Assembly (NCBI GenBank): GCA_963737905.1 | Contig: CAVTUQ010000002.1 | Coordinates: forward strand, 64,001 to 128,000 | Length of the DNA: 64,000 nt | Direction: 5' to 3' | Source: an uncultured delta proteobacterium | GTDB taxonomy: Bacteria; Desulfobacterota; Binatia; UBA9968 | Shown here: piece by piece, positions 1 through 10,062 of the stretch | How positions within the stretch are numbered: the first letter of the stretch is position 1 | Layout of the letters: every line of letters starts with the position of its first letter | The notes under the pieces: model-generated | Database searches by the model: none | Told to the model about the DNA's origin: nothing | What the model saw: only the letters and a program-made list of their open reading frames with translations | Translations under genes and position numbers: made by a program

Positions 1-484
1 CATCCCGATTAGGATCCATGCCGTGCTTTCGAATAATGTACTTGAAGAGAAAATCGCCTAGCGATCCCAAGCTCGAGGTGGCGATTTTTTTCCCTTTGAT
101 ATCTTCGGGTCTTTTAATGTCCTGCTTGACCAGCAGTTTGCTCTGAACCCCAGGCACAGTGTGAGCGATATTCACCAGATCAGCGCCTCCTAGGTCCGCG
201 AGCATCACGGTGGGCAGTGCCACCGGTGCGGCAAAGAGGCTGCCGCCAAGAATCGCTGTCGACGTTTGGCCCGATCCTTTAACTAAGATTAGCTGAACAT
301 CGAGTCCGTTCTTCTCGTAGATCTTCGCCTCTTTGGCGAGCCAGGGAATCCAATTGGACGCGGACAACGACGTTACACCCCAGCTGATCTTCTTGAGCGG
401 CTTATCTTGAGCTTCCGCAAGCGGACCGTGGGCGACGAGCCCAATGAAAGTTACGAACAGCACTTGAACGAACAATTTTTTCAT
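1..484 (-). CDS. ABC transporter substrate-binding protein, NMT1/TauA-like (3' end runs off the window)
   Basis: Not in the ORF track; translated by hand from ATG at 484: MKKLFVQVLFVTFIGLVAHGPLAEAQDKPLKKISWGVTSLSASNWIPWLAKEAKIYEKNGLDVQLILVKGSG. Signal peptide, GAAGGGG RBS, similar to the SBPs at 576 and 11016. Confidence 0.85.
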   Translation of the reverse strand, partial: MKKLFVQVLFVTFIGLVAHGPLAEAQDKPLKKISWGVTSLSASNWIPWLAKEAKIYEKNGLDVQLILVKGSGQTSTAILGGSLFAAPVALPTVMLADLGGADLVNIAHTVPGVQSKLLVKQDIKRPEDIKGKKIATSSLGSLGDFLFKYIIRKHGMDPNRD

Positions 485-575
485 AGATTTCCCCTTCACT
501 AGTTTTTGTTGTCTATTTGAACCTGAGGTTGATCGGGCTTAAATTGACTGAACCCACCTCTGGAGGATCGTTTGG

Positions 576-1727
576 CTAGCGCTTGCCAGCCAACGTCTTT
601 GTAAAGCCGCTATCCTCGATCTTTTTTAGAAAACTATTGTCGTAGAATTCTTCCGGACTCGCCGTCGCTGCTTTGGGCTGGCCCGCAGCAAGAAACTGCA
701 ACACGCTCTTTACTCCACTAGCACTTGCGTAGGGCATCGCCGGTGTCATCTCCACGTAATAGTCATAGCCCTCTTCAGCGCGGGCGCGATCCGTCATCTT
801 CAAAAATTTCATGATGCCGGCCAGTGACTTTTCCTTTTGGGTTTTGAAGTAATGCAAAGACTCGATGTAACCTTTGAGAAAATTTTCGACCAGCTGCGGG
901 TGACTTTTGATGTAGGGTGTCATTCCGGCGATGGAATTACCTGCATATTCGATGTCGATCTTCCTCAAATCGGCAAGCTCGCGAAAGCCCAGCTGCTTTG
1001 CGACTCCGCTAAAGGGCGGCGTTAGCACGGTGGCGGACACCGCTCCGCGTTGCAATGCGTTCAATCTTCCCTGTTGGCTTTCCGCGACGGATATGAAGAC
1101 AACATCTTTGCCCGGTTCTAAACCCGACTGTCGCAAGTAGAGACGCAACGCGCTGTCGGCGGACGCGCCGGGCCGTGTTCCTGTAACGACCTTTCCCTTC
1201 AGGTCGTGCACCGATTTTATTTCCGGTGCGGCAAAAACAACATAGTCGAACTTGTTAGACTGCACTGCAAGTATAGTAATATCGACTCCGCCCAGCCGGG
1301 CGCTAATCGTAGCCGTCGAGCCGGCGGCGAGAAATTGCACGGAGTTGGAGGTGACGGCGGCTAACGAGTTCATCCCGCCGCCCATATAGATGGTTTCGAG
1401 ATCGATCCCATGCTTTGCGAAGAGCCCCGCTTGGTTGCCGAGCGGGAGGATGCTGGAATTGACGGAGATCGAGCCCAGGGCAACGCGGACCTTTTCCTTC
1501 GTTTGAGCAAGAGCGTGATGAGAAGCCACCAGCAGAAAAAACGCAATCAAAAAGATGCGCCGGAGAGTTCCACTGACGGTGCCTGCTCGATCCTCCTCTC
1601 CCTTGACGGGAGAGGACTGAGGTGAGGGTGCTTGATTTTGCCCCCTCACCCTAACCTTCTCCCACGAGGGGAGAGGGAATTTGTCTACGGCACTCCGTGG
1701 AAAAACAGAATTCATTGGCTGTATCAT
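576..1727 (-). CDS. ABC transporter substrate-binding protein, NMT1/TauA-like (true start probably near 1550-1575)
   Basis: Signal peptide LRRIFLIAFFLLVASHHALAQ, then GLFAKHGIDLE and DLKGKVVTGTRPG. The first ~50 ORF codons read through a palindromic repeat, so the start is uncertain. Confidence 0.85.
   Translation of the reverse strand: MIQPMNSVFPRSAVDKFPLPSWEKVRVRGQNQAPSPQSSPVKGEEDRAGTVSGTLRRIFLIAFFLLVASHHALAQTKEKVRVALGSISVNSSILPLGNQAGLFAKHGIDLETIYMGGGMNSLAAVTSNSVQFLAAGSTATISARLGGVDITILAVQSNKFDYVVFAAPEIKSVHDLKGKVVTGTRPGASADSALRLYLRQSGLEPGKDVVFISVAESQQGRLNALQRGAVSATVLTPPFSGVAKQLGFRELADLRKIDIEYAGNSIAGMTPYIKSHPQLVENFLKGYIESLHYFKTQKEKSLAGIMKFLKMTDRARAEEGYDYYVEMTPAMPYASASGVKSVLQFLAAGQPKAATASPEEFYDNSFLKKIEDSGFTKTLAGKR
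1595..1677. repeat. Composite REP-like palindrome (CCTCTCCC/GGGAGAGG type)
   Basis: cctctccc-ttgac-gggagagg, then ggtgaggg...ccctcacc, then ccttctccc-acgag-gggagaggg: two hairpins in inverted arrangement. Confidence 0.75.
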
Positions 1728-1760
1728 GAAGACCCCAAAAGATTTGGCCGAATAGTCGGA

Positions 1761-3705
1761 TTACTCTTCATATTGCTCCTTCAACTTTGCCACGACCGCC
1801 GGATCAGCCAAAGTCGTCGTATCGCCCAACGTGCGCCCGTCGGCGATGTCGCGGAGGAGGCGGCGCATGATCTTGCCGCTGCGGGTTTTGGGAAGCTCCG
1901 CGGCAAAGAGAATCTCGTCCGGTCGAGCAATGGGCCCGATCTTCTTGGCCACGTGTGCTTTCAGCTCCTCCACCAGCTCGGTACCCCCATCTACTCCCGC
2001 CTTAAGCGAGACGAAAGCGCAAATCGCCTGACCTTTGATTTCGTGCGCTTTGCCGATAACAGCCGATTCGGCTACCTTCTGGTGATCCACCAGCGCGCTC
2101 TCGACTTCCATCGTGCTGATCCTGTGCCCGGCAATGTTCATGACGTCGTCAACGCGTCCGAGTAGCCAGAAGTAACCATCCTTGTCTCGCTTCGCGCCGT
2201 CGCCAGCAAAGTACTTGCCCGGGAATCGGCTCCAGTAGGTCTGCACGAAACGATCCGGGTCGCCGTATATCGTCCGCATCATCGCAGGCCATGGCTTAGT
2301 CAAAACCAAATAGCCCCCGCCGCCTTTGGGAACGGATTTTCCATGCTCGTCCACGATATCGGCTTCGATCCCCGGAAACGGCAATGTTGCGGAGCCCGGT
2401 TTGAGCTTCGTCAGAGCCGGCAAAGGCGTGATCAGCGGATGTCCGGTCTCGGTCTGCCACCAGGTGTCCATCACCGGACAGCGTCCCCCTCCGATATATT
2501 TATGATACCAGACCCAGGCTTCCGGATTGATCGGCTCGCCGACAGTGCCAAGAAGTCTCAAGCTCTTGAGGTCGTGCTTTCCTGGGAACTCCGTTCCCCA
2601 GCGCATGAAAGTCCGGATGGCCGTCGGCGCGGTATGGAAAATCGTTACGCCATATTTCTCGACGATGCGCCACAAACGGTCTTTGTCCGGCCAGTCGGGC
2701 GTCCCTTCGTACATCACCTGGGTAACGCCGTTGGTCATGGGCCCATAGACGATATGGGTATGCCCCGTTACCCAGCCGATATCCGCCGCACACCAGAAGA
2801 TATCGTCTTCCTTCATATCGAAAATCCATTTATTCGCCAGGTGAACACCGGTAAGATAACCGCCGGTGGTATGGACGATGCCCTTCGGTTTTCCGGTGGT
2901 ACCACTGGTATACAGGAGAAAAAGGATGTCCTCGCTGTCCATCTTCTCCGGTTCGCACCACAGAGGCGCGTCGGCCATCAACTCATGCCACCAATGGTCC
3001 CTGCCCGATTTCATATGCGTACCGGTCTCATCGCCCACTCGTTTTAAGACCACCGCATGTTCGATCGACGGCGTATCGGTCATCGCTTCGTCGGCGTTGC
3101 GTCTTGAGCGGTACAACCGCTCCGCGCCGATAGCCGCCGTCCGCCGTAACCAAAACCTTCGCTTGCGCGTCGTTAATCCGATCACGCAGCGCCTCTGCGC
3201 TGAAACCGCCGAACACAACGCTGTGCGGGGCGCCGATGCGGTTACAGCCGTGCATCGCGATCACCAACTCCGGCACCATGCCCATGTAAATGCACACGCG
3301 GTCGCCTTTCTTGACGCCGAGCCCCTTCAAAACATTGGCGAACTTGTTGACCTCCCTCCAAACATCGCGGTAGGTGAGCACTCGCGCGTCTCCGGGCTCC
3401 CCTTCCCAGATGATGGCCGCTTTGTTTTTGCGCTCGGTCTTGACATGGCGATCGAGACAGTTGTAAGAGGCGTTGATCTTCCCGCCGATAAACCACTTGG
3501 CCCAAGGAGAATCCCATTCCAACACCTTTTTCCATGGTTTGAACCAATCCAGCTCCTTGGCGGCTTTGGCCCAGAACGCTTGGGGATTCTTTCGGGCGGA
3601 ATTAAAAATGCTCGCGCTTCTTGCGTGGGCGGATTTCTTGAACGCCTTTGGCGGCGGAAAGTTTCTCTTCTCGTCCAAAAGAACTTCAATGGCCTTGTCT
3701 GCCAT
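1761..3705 (-). CDS. acs: Acetyl-CoA synthetase (one-base frameshift at ~3102)
   Basis: N-terminal ORF ([24 protein letters not shown]) and C-terminal ORF ([33 protein letters not shown]) join if one extra A in aag-a-cgc-aac is removed. Confidence 0.93.
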
Positions 3706-3925
3706 GGTGCATCCTCCTTACTTGGAATATACGCTGAAATTGAACAGAGTGTCGATCAGAGCGAACGAATTTTATTCAAGCCCTCGCTGATTGGCAAGTG
3801 CCCTACACTCCCGCTCGAAAACCATGCCCGCGGGCCCGTTGTCGTGATTGACGGATATAGTAGGATAACCTTTGTATGAAGCAAGCACGTTCGATAAGGT
3901 CTTGGCTCCTGAGCCACGGGGTCTA

Positions 3926-4732
3926 ATGAGACATTTTTTGTCGTTTTCCGTTGGATCGTATAATGTTCTGGCAAACGCGTACGTCCAATACGGGCTCTAC
4001 CGACACACGCCAAAGATGGTGCTGGATCCGTTATGGCGTATGCCGGCGGTGGTGCACCAGGTCGCAAGTATCGGAACCGACGTGCTTTGTTTACAGGAAG
4101 TAGAACTGGGCGCGTTCGCCGCGTTGAAGCACCGCTTGACGTCCTTGGGCTATGCGGCCGAGCACGCGCGCAAGCGGGGGAGCAAGCCGGACGGCTGCGC
4201 GATTTTTTACCGGGAGGATACCTTTGAGTTGCTTGCAACACGAGTCATTGAGTATGCCGATGGAGCGGAAGGACAGGCCAACTCCGGACACATCGCACTT
4301 GTGGTTTTACTGCGCGCAGGGAAACGTGTGGTTGCCGTCGCCAACACGCATCTAAGCTGGGATCCCCCCGACACCCCAACTACCGCAAAGGTGGGCCAGC
4401 GACAAGCGCTGCAGTTGCTCAAGGAATCTTGGAGTTTGGCGGCATCGAGTGATGGAACGCTCCTTTGTGGCGATCTCAACGCAACTCCGGAAAGTGACAT
4501 CGTTGCGCTTCTAGAAAACGCCGGCTTTCGATATTCACATGCCGGACTTGAGCATGCCTACACGTGCAAGGTCAATACCGAAGCAAAAATGATCGACTAT
4601 CTCTTTTACTCGCCGGCGTTTCGCGCTGAGCCACAAAGCATCCTGCAGATCTCTGATCGAACGATTTTGCCATCCTCCGACCAGCCATCCGATCACCTGC
4701 CTATCGCGGCACGGTTTCTTTGGAGAAATTAA
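3926..4732 (+). CDS. Endonuclease/exonuclease/phosphatase (EEP) protein, CCR4/nocturnin/Angel-like
   Basis: SYNVLANAY, VLCLQEV, KPDGCAIFYR, VANTHL, LCGDLN, IDYLFYS and PSDHLPI motifs. The start could be 3872 or 3926. Confidence 0.85.
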   Translation: MRHFLSFSVGSYNVLANAYVQYGLYRHTPKMVLDPLWRMPAVVHQVASIGTDVLCLQEVELGAFAALKHRLTSLGYAAEHARKRGSKPDGCAIFYREDTFELLATRVIEYADGAEGQANSGHIALVVLLRAGKRVVAVANTHLSWDPPDTPTTAKVGQRQALQLLKESWSLAASSDGTLLCGDLNATPESDIVALLENAGFRYSHAGLEHAYTCKVNTEAKMIDYLFYSPAFRAEPQSILQISDRTILPSSDQPSDHLPIAARFLWRN

Positions 4733-4745
4733 GCTGTCTTAGATT

Positions 4746-5798
4746 ATGGATAACACTCTGACAATCGGGCTCTCTCTTATCTTCACAGTCGTACTCCTCG
4801 GCCCCTTCTTGAACAAGTGGATCGAAAGCAATCTAGAAGTTTTTCTTTTCTTGATGGGCGCCATGAGTGCCACGGTCTCCAACGCCTGGAGTTCCGAGGT
4901 CTTCCATGAAGCAATAGTCGCCCCGATCAACATCACCCTCGCGGTCGTCGGTGCTGGAGTGGTCTTTCACTATCTGCGACACGCCATCGACAGAGGAATG
5001 CGGCGTCTGCTGATAACTACACCCCTTCCTGTAGTCGTTTGTTTTGGAATCATAATCCTGGGCCTCCTCTCAAGCGTGATCTCGGCGATCATCGCGGCTT
5101 TGCTCTTGGTCGAATTCATCACCGTGCTGCCGCTGCACCGGCACGCCGAGGTCAATTTGACCATCATCGCCTGTTTCGCCATCGGCTTGGGAGCCGCCCT
5201 GACCCCCCTCGGAGAGCCCCTTTCCACGATCGCCACTTCTAAACTGAGCGGCGAACCTTATCACGCCCATTTCTTTTACTTGGCCAAGCTTCTTTGGTTT
5301 TACGTGATCCCATCGGTCGTCGTCTTGGGTGTCGGCGCGATTTTCCTCGTTCACCAATCAGCCGCTGACACCGAGGCGACTCTGGCAGCCGAACCCCAGG
5401 AAGAAAAATTAGGCGCGGTTTTTATCCGTGGGTTTAAAGTCTATGTCTTTGTCATGGCACTGATCTTTCTCGGCGCCGGTTTCAAGCCTTTCATCGACGC
5501 CTATCTCATTAAAGTATCCTCACTAACGCTTTTCTGGGTGAACATGGTCTCGGCGGTTCTCGACAACGCCACGTTGGCGGCGGCGGAGATCGGCCCGACA
5601 CTGAACGAGGCACAGATCAAGAGCGCGTTGTTGGGTTTGCTGATCTCCGGCGGCATGTTAATCTCGGGCAATATTCCCAACATCATCGCAGCGCATGCCC
5701 TCCACATCAAAACCACGGAATGGGCCAAGCTCGGTGTACCTCTGGGCATAGTTATGATGATGGTCACCGCGCTGATGCTGTTCTTTGGTTTGGTTTAG
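4746..5798 (+). CDS. DUF1646 family putative ion-transporter-superfamily membrane protein
   Basis: Many TM helices; GAALTPLGEPLSTI, LDNATLAAAE and GGMLISGNIPNII motifs. Confidence 0.8.
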   Translation: MDNTLTIGLSLIFTVVLLGPFLNKWIESNLEVFLFLMGAMSATVSNAWSSEVFHEAIVAPINITLAVVGAGVVFHYLRHAIDRGMRRLLITTPLPVVVCFGIIILGLLSSVISAIIAALLLVEFITVLPLHRHAEVNLTIIACFAIGLGAALTPLGEPLSTIATSKLSGEPYHAHFFYLAKLLWFYVIPSVVVLGVGAIFLVHQSAADTEATLAAEPQEEKLGAVFIRGFKVYVFVMALIFLGAGFKPFIDAYLIKVSSLTLFWVNMVSAVLDNATLAAAEIGPTLNEAQIKSALLGLLISGGMLISGNIPNIIAAHALHIKTTEWAKLGVPLGIVMMMVTALMLFFGLV

Positions 5799-5861
5799 TA
5801 CCGGTGCGGCGGTGAACACAAGGATAGGACCCGGCATGCCCGGCGCTTGCACCAGGTTCTT

Positions 5862-7262
5862 CTACCCCATACGGCTAATAGGCAAGTCCGCACGAATGCC
5901 GTCTTGAATGCGCCGAATCATCACAAATCCATCTTTCAAGTGACGCCGCTCCAGAGCCGAAAGCGCGTTTAGATGAACATTGTGATCGAGCGGACGGTTG
6001 GCGCGCAGCGCCGCCAACTGCTGGCGCAAGCGAAGATGCAGCAAAAACTGAAAGATCTCTGCGAGCTCCGTAGCGTCATTCTGGCTGAGAATATTTCCGG
6101 ATTTGCCCGCCGTAGCCAATCTTTCCAAAGTCGAGCGCTCTCGTGATCCGCTGGCCAGCGCAGCCGCGCGTGCCAAGCCGACGATGGGCATGATCCCCCC
6201 TTTCTTGATATCGACCATTCCATTGTCGCTGCGTATACGGTTGAAAAAGCCCAGCGGCGGACCGAAGACCAGCGCGTCTTTTGTCATGTGAGCGATAAAA
6301 AGTTTTTCCGTTTTCGCACTCACCACAATCTCTTCCACTGCAGTCAGCGAAAGTTCGCCGGCCACTGCGCGAAAATCGAAGAAGATCGCGGCGTCCAGCA
6401 AAGCCTGTGGCTCCGGAGTACGCACCCAGCCGGCAAAAAGACGGCGCCATTCTTCGAGCGATTTGCACCAGCGAGTCGCCATAAAGCCACCGGCGCATGG
6501 GGGAAAGCCCACCTGAATCAGTCCATTGACGACGCGCTCGGCCAAGGCGGTGAAGTACACACGCGCCGCTTCAGAATCTTCGCCGTAGATCAACGCGTTG
6601 TCCTGGTCGGTGAGCAGCGTTTGCTCTAACCGCCCCTCGGAACCAAAGACAATCCAGGCGAATTTGGCAGGCGCTGGACCAAACTCTCTTTGGGCCAAAT
6701 GCACCAACCGTTTGATCAGGGCATCGTTGAGGCTGGAAACGATCTGGCCGATCTGGACTGCACCGAGACCACCGCGGAAGAGTGTCTGTACCGTGCCAGC
6801 AACCTCACTCGAGTAGTGAGCGAGCGCCGTCGGGTCTTCGACGCTATCTAACGTGCGGCGCAAATAAAACGCGCCGGTGGCCTCATGACGTAGCAAATCC
6901 GTACTGCTGATTATCCCAACGATTTTTCCTTCCTCAACAAGCGCCAAATGGTGAATGTGCTCTTCGAGCATGAGTCGTAGCGCAGCAAACACCGGCGCGT
7001 CCGAATCCAGCGTCTTTAAAGGGCGGCTCATTATTTGCCGCACGGGCGTTTCCGACCCAAGGCCCGCCGCCAACACGCGCCCGCGCAAATCGCGGTCGGT
7101 AATGATGCCCGTTGGATTCGTTGCCACCAAAACGGAACCAATGCCAGCCTCTTGCATGACCAACGCCGCTTGCGCGACAGAAGCCGCTTCGTCGATAAAG
7201 ACCGGCAAGCGCTTTATCAGATATTTTACCGGAAGCGCTAGATCATATTCGGGCGAGGACAT
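5862..7262 (-). CDS. CBS-pair + DUF294 putative nucleotidyltransferase
   Basis: Two CBS domains (GIITDRDLR, GIISSTDLL), NTase motif FGSEGRLEQTLLTDQDNAL, and AIFFDFR / DIKKGG in the C-terminal part. No N-terminal cNMP-binding domain. Confidence 0.9.
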   Translation of the reverse strand: MSSPEYDLALPVKYLIKRLPVFIDEAASVAQAALVMQEAGIGSVLVATNPTGIITDRDLRGRVLAAGLGSETPVRQIMSRPLKTLDSDAPVFAALRLMLEEHIHHLALVEEGKIVGIISSTDLLRHEATGAFYLRRTLDSVEDPTALAHYSSEVAGTVQTLFRGGLGAVQIGQIVSSLNDALIKRLVHLAQREFGPAPAKFAWIVFGSEGRLEQTLLTDQDNALIYGEDSEAARVYFTALAERVVNGLIQVGFPPCAGGFMATRWCKSLEEWRRLFAGWVRTPEPQALLDAAIFFDFRAVAGELSLTAVEEIVVSAKTEKLFIAHMTKDALVFGPPLGFFNRIRSDNGMVDIKKGGIMPIVGLARAAALASGSRERSTLERLATAGKSGNILSQNDATELAEIFQFLLHLRLRQQLAALRANRPLDHNVHLNALSALERRHLKDGFVMIRRIQDGIRADLPISRMG

Positions 7263-7349
7263 ACAGGTTATTTTATAGCACCCCAGGAAGCCGCAAGCCG
7301 ATCGTGCTGCCCATCACCTCGACCTCCAGGACGGCCGTAGGGCAGGCGC

Positions 7350-7637
7350 TCAGCGCGGTGTAGGCGCGGCCATGCTCGTCAAGAACAGAATGAGTGTCCA
7401 GAGCAAGCCATAGACGAGGAGCGCGGTCAACCGTAGATGCGACTCGGTTGCCTTCGGCACAAGCCAGGTCCGCACGGGCCAAGTTAGCGGCAAGGTAACC
7501 ACCGAAAAGAACCAAAGTACCTTGCTATCGGGTCTGGAGATGAGGCGCGAAAAAATGATGTGTAGCCCCAGATAGACGACTGCCACGAAGCAGAGAAACC
7601 GTACCAACACGAGCAGCGGAAGTGCCGACTCGCTCAT
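7350..7637 (-). CDS. Small membrane protein (YggT-like) in the symporter operon
   Basis: 95 aa, hydrophobic, FFSVVTLPLTWPVR segment, co-oriented between the symporter and DUF294 genes. Confidence 0.6.
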   Translation of the reverse strand: MSESALPLLVLVRFLCFVAVVYLGLHIIFSRLISRPDSKVLWFFSVVTLPLTWPVRTWLVPKATESHLRLTALLVYGLLWTLILFLTSMAAPTPR

Positions 7638-7695
7638 ATCAATAGCCGAGAAGCGAGAAGGTCACCCCTCCCGCTCCTCGCATTTCGACAAGATT

Positions 7696-9624
7696 CTAGT
7701 GCGCACCGACTGGAATATTACGCCCCAGCGGATCACCCGCGATAGCCTGCCCGGTCTTGGGATAGCGCACGCTGGCCACGAGGTCCTGCACCTGTTTCGG
7801 CGGCGCCTCGGTGAGCAGCGAGACGAGCCAGATAGTAATGAACCCCACGGGAAGCCCGAAAACAGCCGAAGCGATCGTCTGAGTTCCGAACCACGACACA
7901 CCAAAGAATCGGCTGCCGATCATGTAGTATGTGGTTACCGCAAGCCCGGCGATCATCCCCAGGCATGCCCCGGCTTTGTTTGCCCGCTTCCACCAAATGC
8001 CCATGACCAAGGCGGGGAAGAAGGAAGCTCCGGCCAGACTGAAAGCCCAGGCCACCAGCTCGACGATAATCGCGACACGGAAGGTGGCGACCCACGCGGC
8101 GAACAGGGCCGTAACCACGAGCAGCACCTTGGTGATAGTCAGCCGCTTGGTTAATGACGCTTTGGGGTCGAGGACGTTGTAGTACAGGTCGTGAGAGAAG
8201 GCATTGGCAATCGTCAGCAACAGGCCGTCGGCGGTGGAGAGAGCTGCTGCAAGACCTCCCGCCATGACAAGGCCGGTAATCACAAAAGGCAGGCCCGCGA
8301 TTTCGGGCATGGCAAGGACGACAAAGTCGGTGGATTTGACTACGAAGTCTGCCCACTCGACGAGGCCGTTGCCACTCTTGTCTATCACCTCGAAAAGGCC
8401 GGCGGGCGCCCACAACGTGACCCAGCGAGGCAGGTCGGCAATGTGAGTGCCGACCAGCTTCGTGTAGATCACAAAGCGCGCGAACGCCGCATAGGCCGGC
8501 GCCGTGAAGTAGAGTAGGAAGATAAAGAAAAGCGACCACGCCACCGATCGGCGTGCTTCTCTCACCGATGGCGTCGTGTAGTAGCGCGTGAGAATGTGGG
8601 GAAGCCCGGCAGTGCCTACCATCAAGCAAAAGGTCAAGGCAAGAAAGTTCCACATGCCCACGCCGCTGGGCACCGTCAGGTATCGGCCGATTTTTGCATC
8701 GTCACTGGTAGCGGGTGCTGTCGCTTGCTTCGTAGCCAAGCTAGCCTCTGCTTTCAGCTTGTCAATGGCGTCCTCGTCAAGGCCCCCGGCCTTGATTTTG
8801 GCATTCGCCTCATCGGCCGATTTTTTCCATAGAGCGCGAGTCTCCTTTTCCCTAGGATCGCGCGTAATTTCCAGCGCCTTGGTATTGTTGATCTGAAGGA
8901 GTTTACCGTAGGTCAACTGGGGGAGTGGAAGACCAAACATAATCCCTGAGAGATATACCACCGGCACGAGGTACGAGACTATCAGAATGATATATTGCGC
9001 CACCTGTGTCCATGTCACGGATCTCATGCCGCCGAGAACGGAGCAAAAGAGTACCCCGATCAAGCCCGCGAAGACGCCCACGTTGAAGGGCAGGCCAACG
9101 AAGCGCGAGACGATCAGGCCAACGCCCGTTACCTGAGCGATAAGGTAGGTGAAGGAACACGCGATCGCCGCGATGACACCGATCACACGCGCAAAGTTAC
9201 CACCGTATCTAGCGCCGAGAAAGTCCGGGATGGTGTAGGCGCCAAACTGGCGCAGATACGGGCCGAGAAATACCGCCAGTAGAAGGTAGCCCCCCGTCCA
9301 GCCCATCACATAGGCGAGCCCCGAAAACCCCAGTGCGGAGAGCGCGCCGGCCATTGAGATGAAGGATGCGGCGGACATCCAGTCCGAGCCGGTGGCCATG
9401 CCGTTGAACACGGCGGGGACGCCGCGACCCGCCACATAATACTGGTCGGGGTTTGAGGTGCGCGTAATGATGCCGATGACAATATAGATCCCGAGCGACA
9501 ATCCCATGAAAATCCAGCCGATCCACCGATTCGGCAATCCAAATAGCTGCTCGGCGATACCAATGAGAATTGTGACTCCCAGAAATCCGAGGGTATAAAG
9601 GATAAAAATTTTCCGTAAACTCAT
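7696..9624 (-). CDS. actP: Sodium/cation:solute symporter, ActP (acetate permease)-like
   Basis: YYVAGR, NGMATGSDWMSAASF, GTAGLPHILTRYYT and GGLAAALSTADGLL motifs; next to DUF4212 and near acs. Confidence 0.85.
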   Translation of the reverse strand: MSLRKIFILYTLGFLGVTILIGIAEQLFGLPNRWIGWIFMGLSLGIYIVIGIITRTSNPDQYYVAGRGVPAVFNGMATGSDWMSAASFISMAGALSALGFSGLAYVMGWTGGYLLLAVFLGPYLRQFGAYTIPDFLGARYGGNFARVIGVIAAIACSFTYLIAQVTGVGLIVSRFVGLPFNVGVFAGLIGVLFCSVLGGMRSVTWTQVAQYIILIVSYLVPVVYLSGIMFGLPLPQLTYGKLLQINNTKALEITRDPREKETRALWKKSADEANAKIKAGGLDEDAIDKLKAEASLATKQATAPATSDDAKIGRYLTVPSGVGMWNFLALTFCLMVGTAGLPHILTRYYTTPSVREARRSVAWSLFFIFLLYFTAPAYAAFARFVIYTKLVGTHIADLPRWVTLWAPAGLFEVIDKSGNGLVEWADFVVKSTDFVVLAMPEIAGLPFVITGLVMAGGLAAALSTADGLLLTIANAFSHDLYYNVLDPKASLTKRLTITKVLLVVTALFAAWVATFRVAIIVELVAWAFSLAGASFFPALVMGIWWKRANKAGACLGMIAGLAVTTYYMIGSRFFGVSWFGTQTIASAVFGLPVGFITIWLVSLLTEAPPKQVQDLVASVRYPKTGQAIAGDPLGRNIPVGAH

Positions 9625-9625
9625 G

Positions 9626-9895
9626 TTATCCCTCCTCTCTGATGCCGTATTTGAGGTCTTGCTTGTTCATGAGATAGGCGTATACCGCGATCTCGATGAC
9701 AAAGATCACCAGCGCTCCCTGCGCCGCCATGTAATAACCAAGCGGGAAGCCAAGGAACGAAAACTGATTGAGCCATCCCGCCCAGAGACCGGACACAAGA
9801 TAGGCGACTACGAACCAGATAATCAGCAAGATCGTGGTGAGAGTTATGTTGTATCGCCAGTACGCTTGCTTCTGCGATTCAGTGAGATCCGCCAT
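9626..9895 (-). CDS. DUF4212 small symporter-associated subunit
   Basis: YWRYN, GFPLGYYMAAQG, two TM helices; directly upstream of the symporter. Confidence 0.88.
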   Translation of the reverse strand: MADLTESQKQAYWRYNITLTTILLIIWFVVAYLVSGLWAGWLNQFSFLGFPLGYYMAAQGALVIFVIEIAVYAYLMNKQDLKYGIREEG

Positions 9896-10062
9896 GAGTA
9901 TCCTCCCTTGTGTGAATTAGATTCAGTCACTTCGGTGCTCGGTGCGGCATAACAAAAACTCACGCGAAGTGTCAAGCGGAATGTAAATGTGTTATTCCAG
10001 TCTTGGCGGAGGAATGACCAATACATGAATTATGGGCGCCGAATAGAAGGAGTGATTTTGAC

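Noticed and set aside
1575-1727. Long N-terminal extensions on the SBP ORFs (also 36835-37062) and on receiver A (38693-38782)
   Set aside because: These are read-through of palindromic repeat elements; the signal peptides or domain starts lie downstream.
3095-3110. Programmed frameshift or pseudogenisation of acs
   Set aside because: No slippery heptamer at the site. Similar single-base indels hit the M4 peptidase, emfourin, NUDIX and cyclase B genes, two of them in A runs, and I saw no in-frame nonsense decay. Sequencing error is simpler.
2343-3879. Long antisense ORFs over acs (similarly 17027-19255, 20666-21319, 26557-27264)
   Set aside because: They are shadows of well-supported genes on the other strand in GC-rich DNA and have no motifs.
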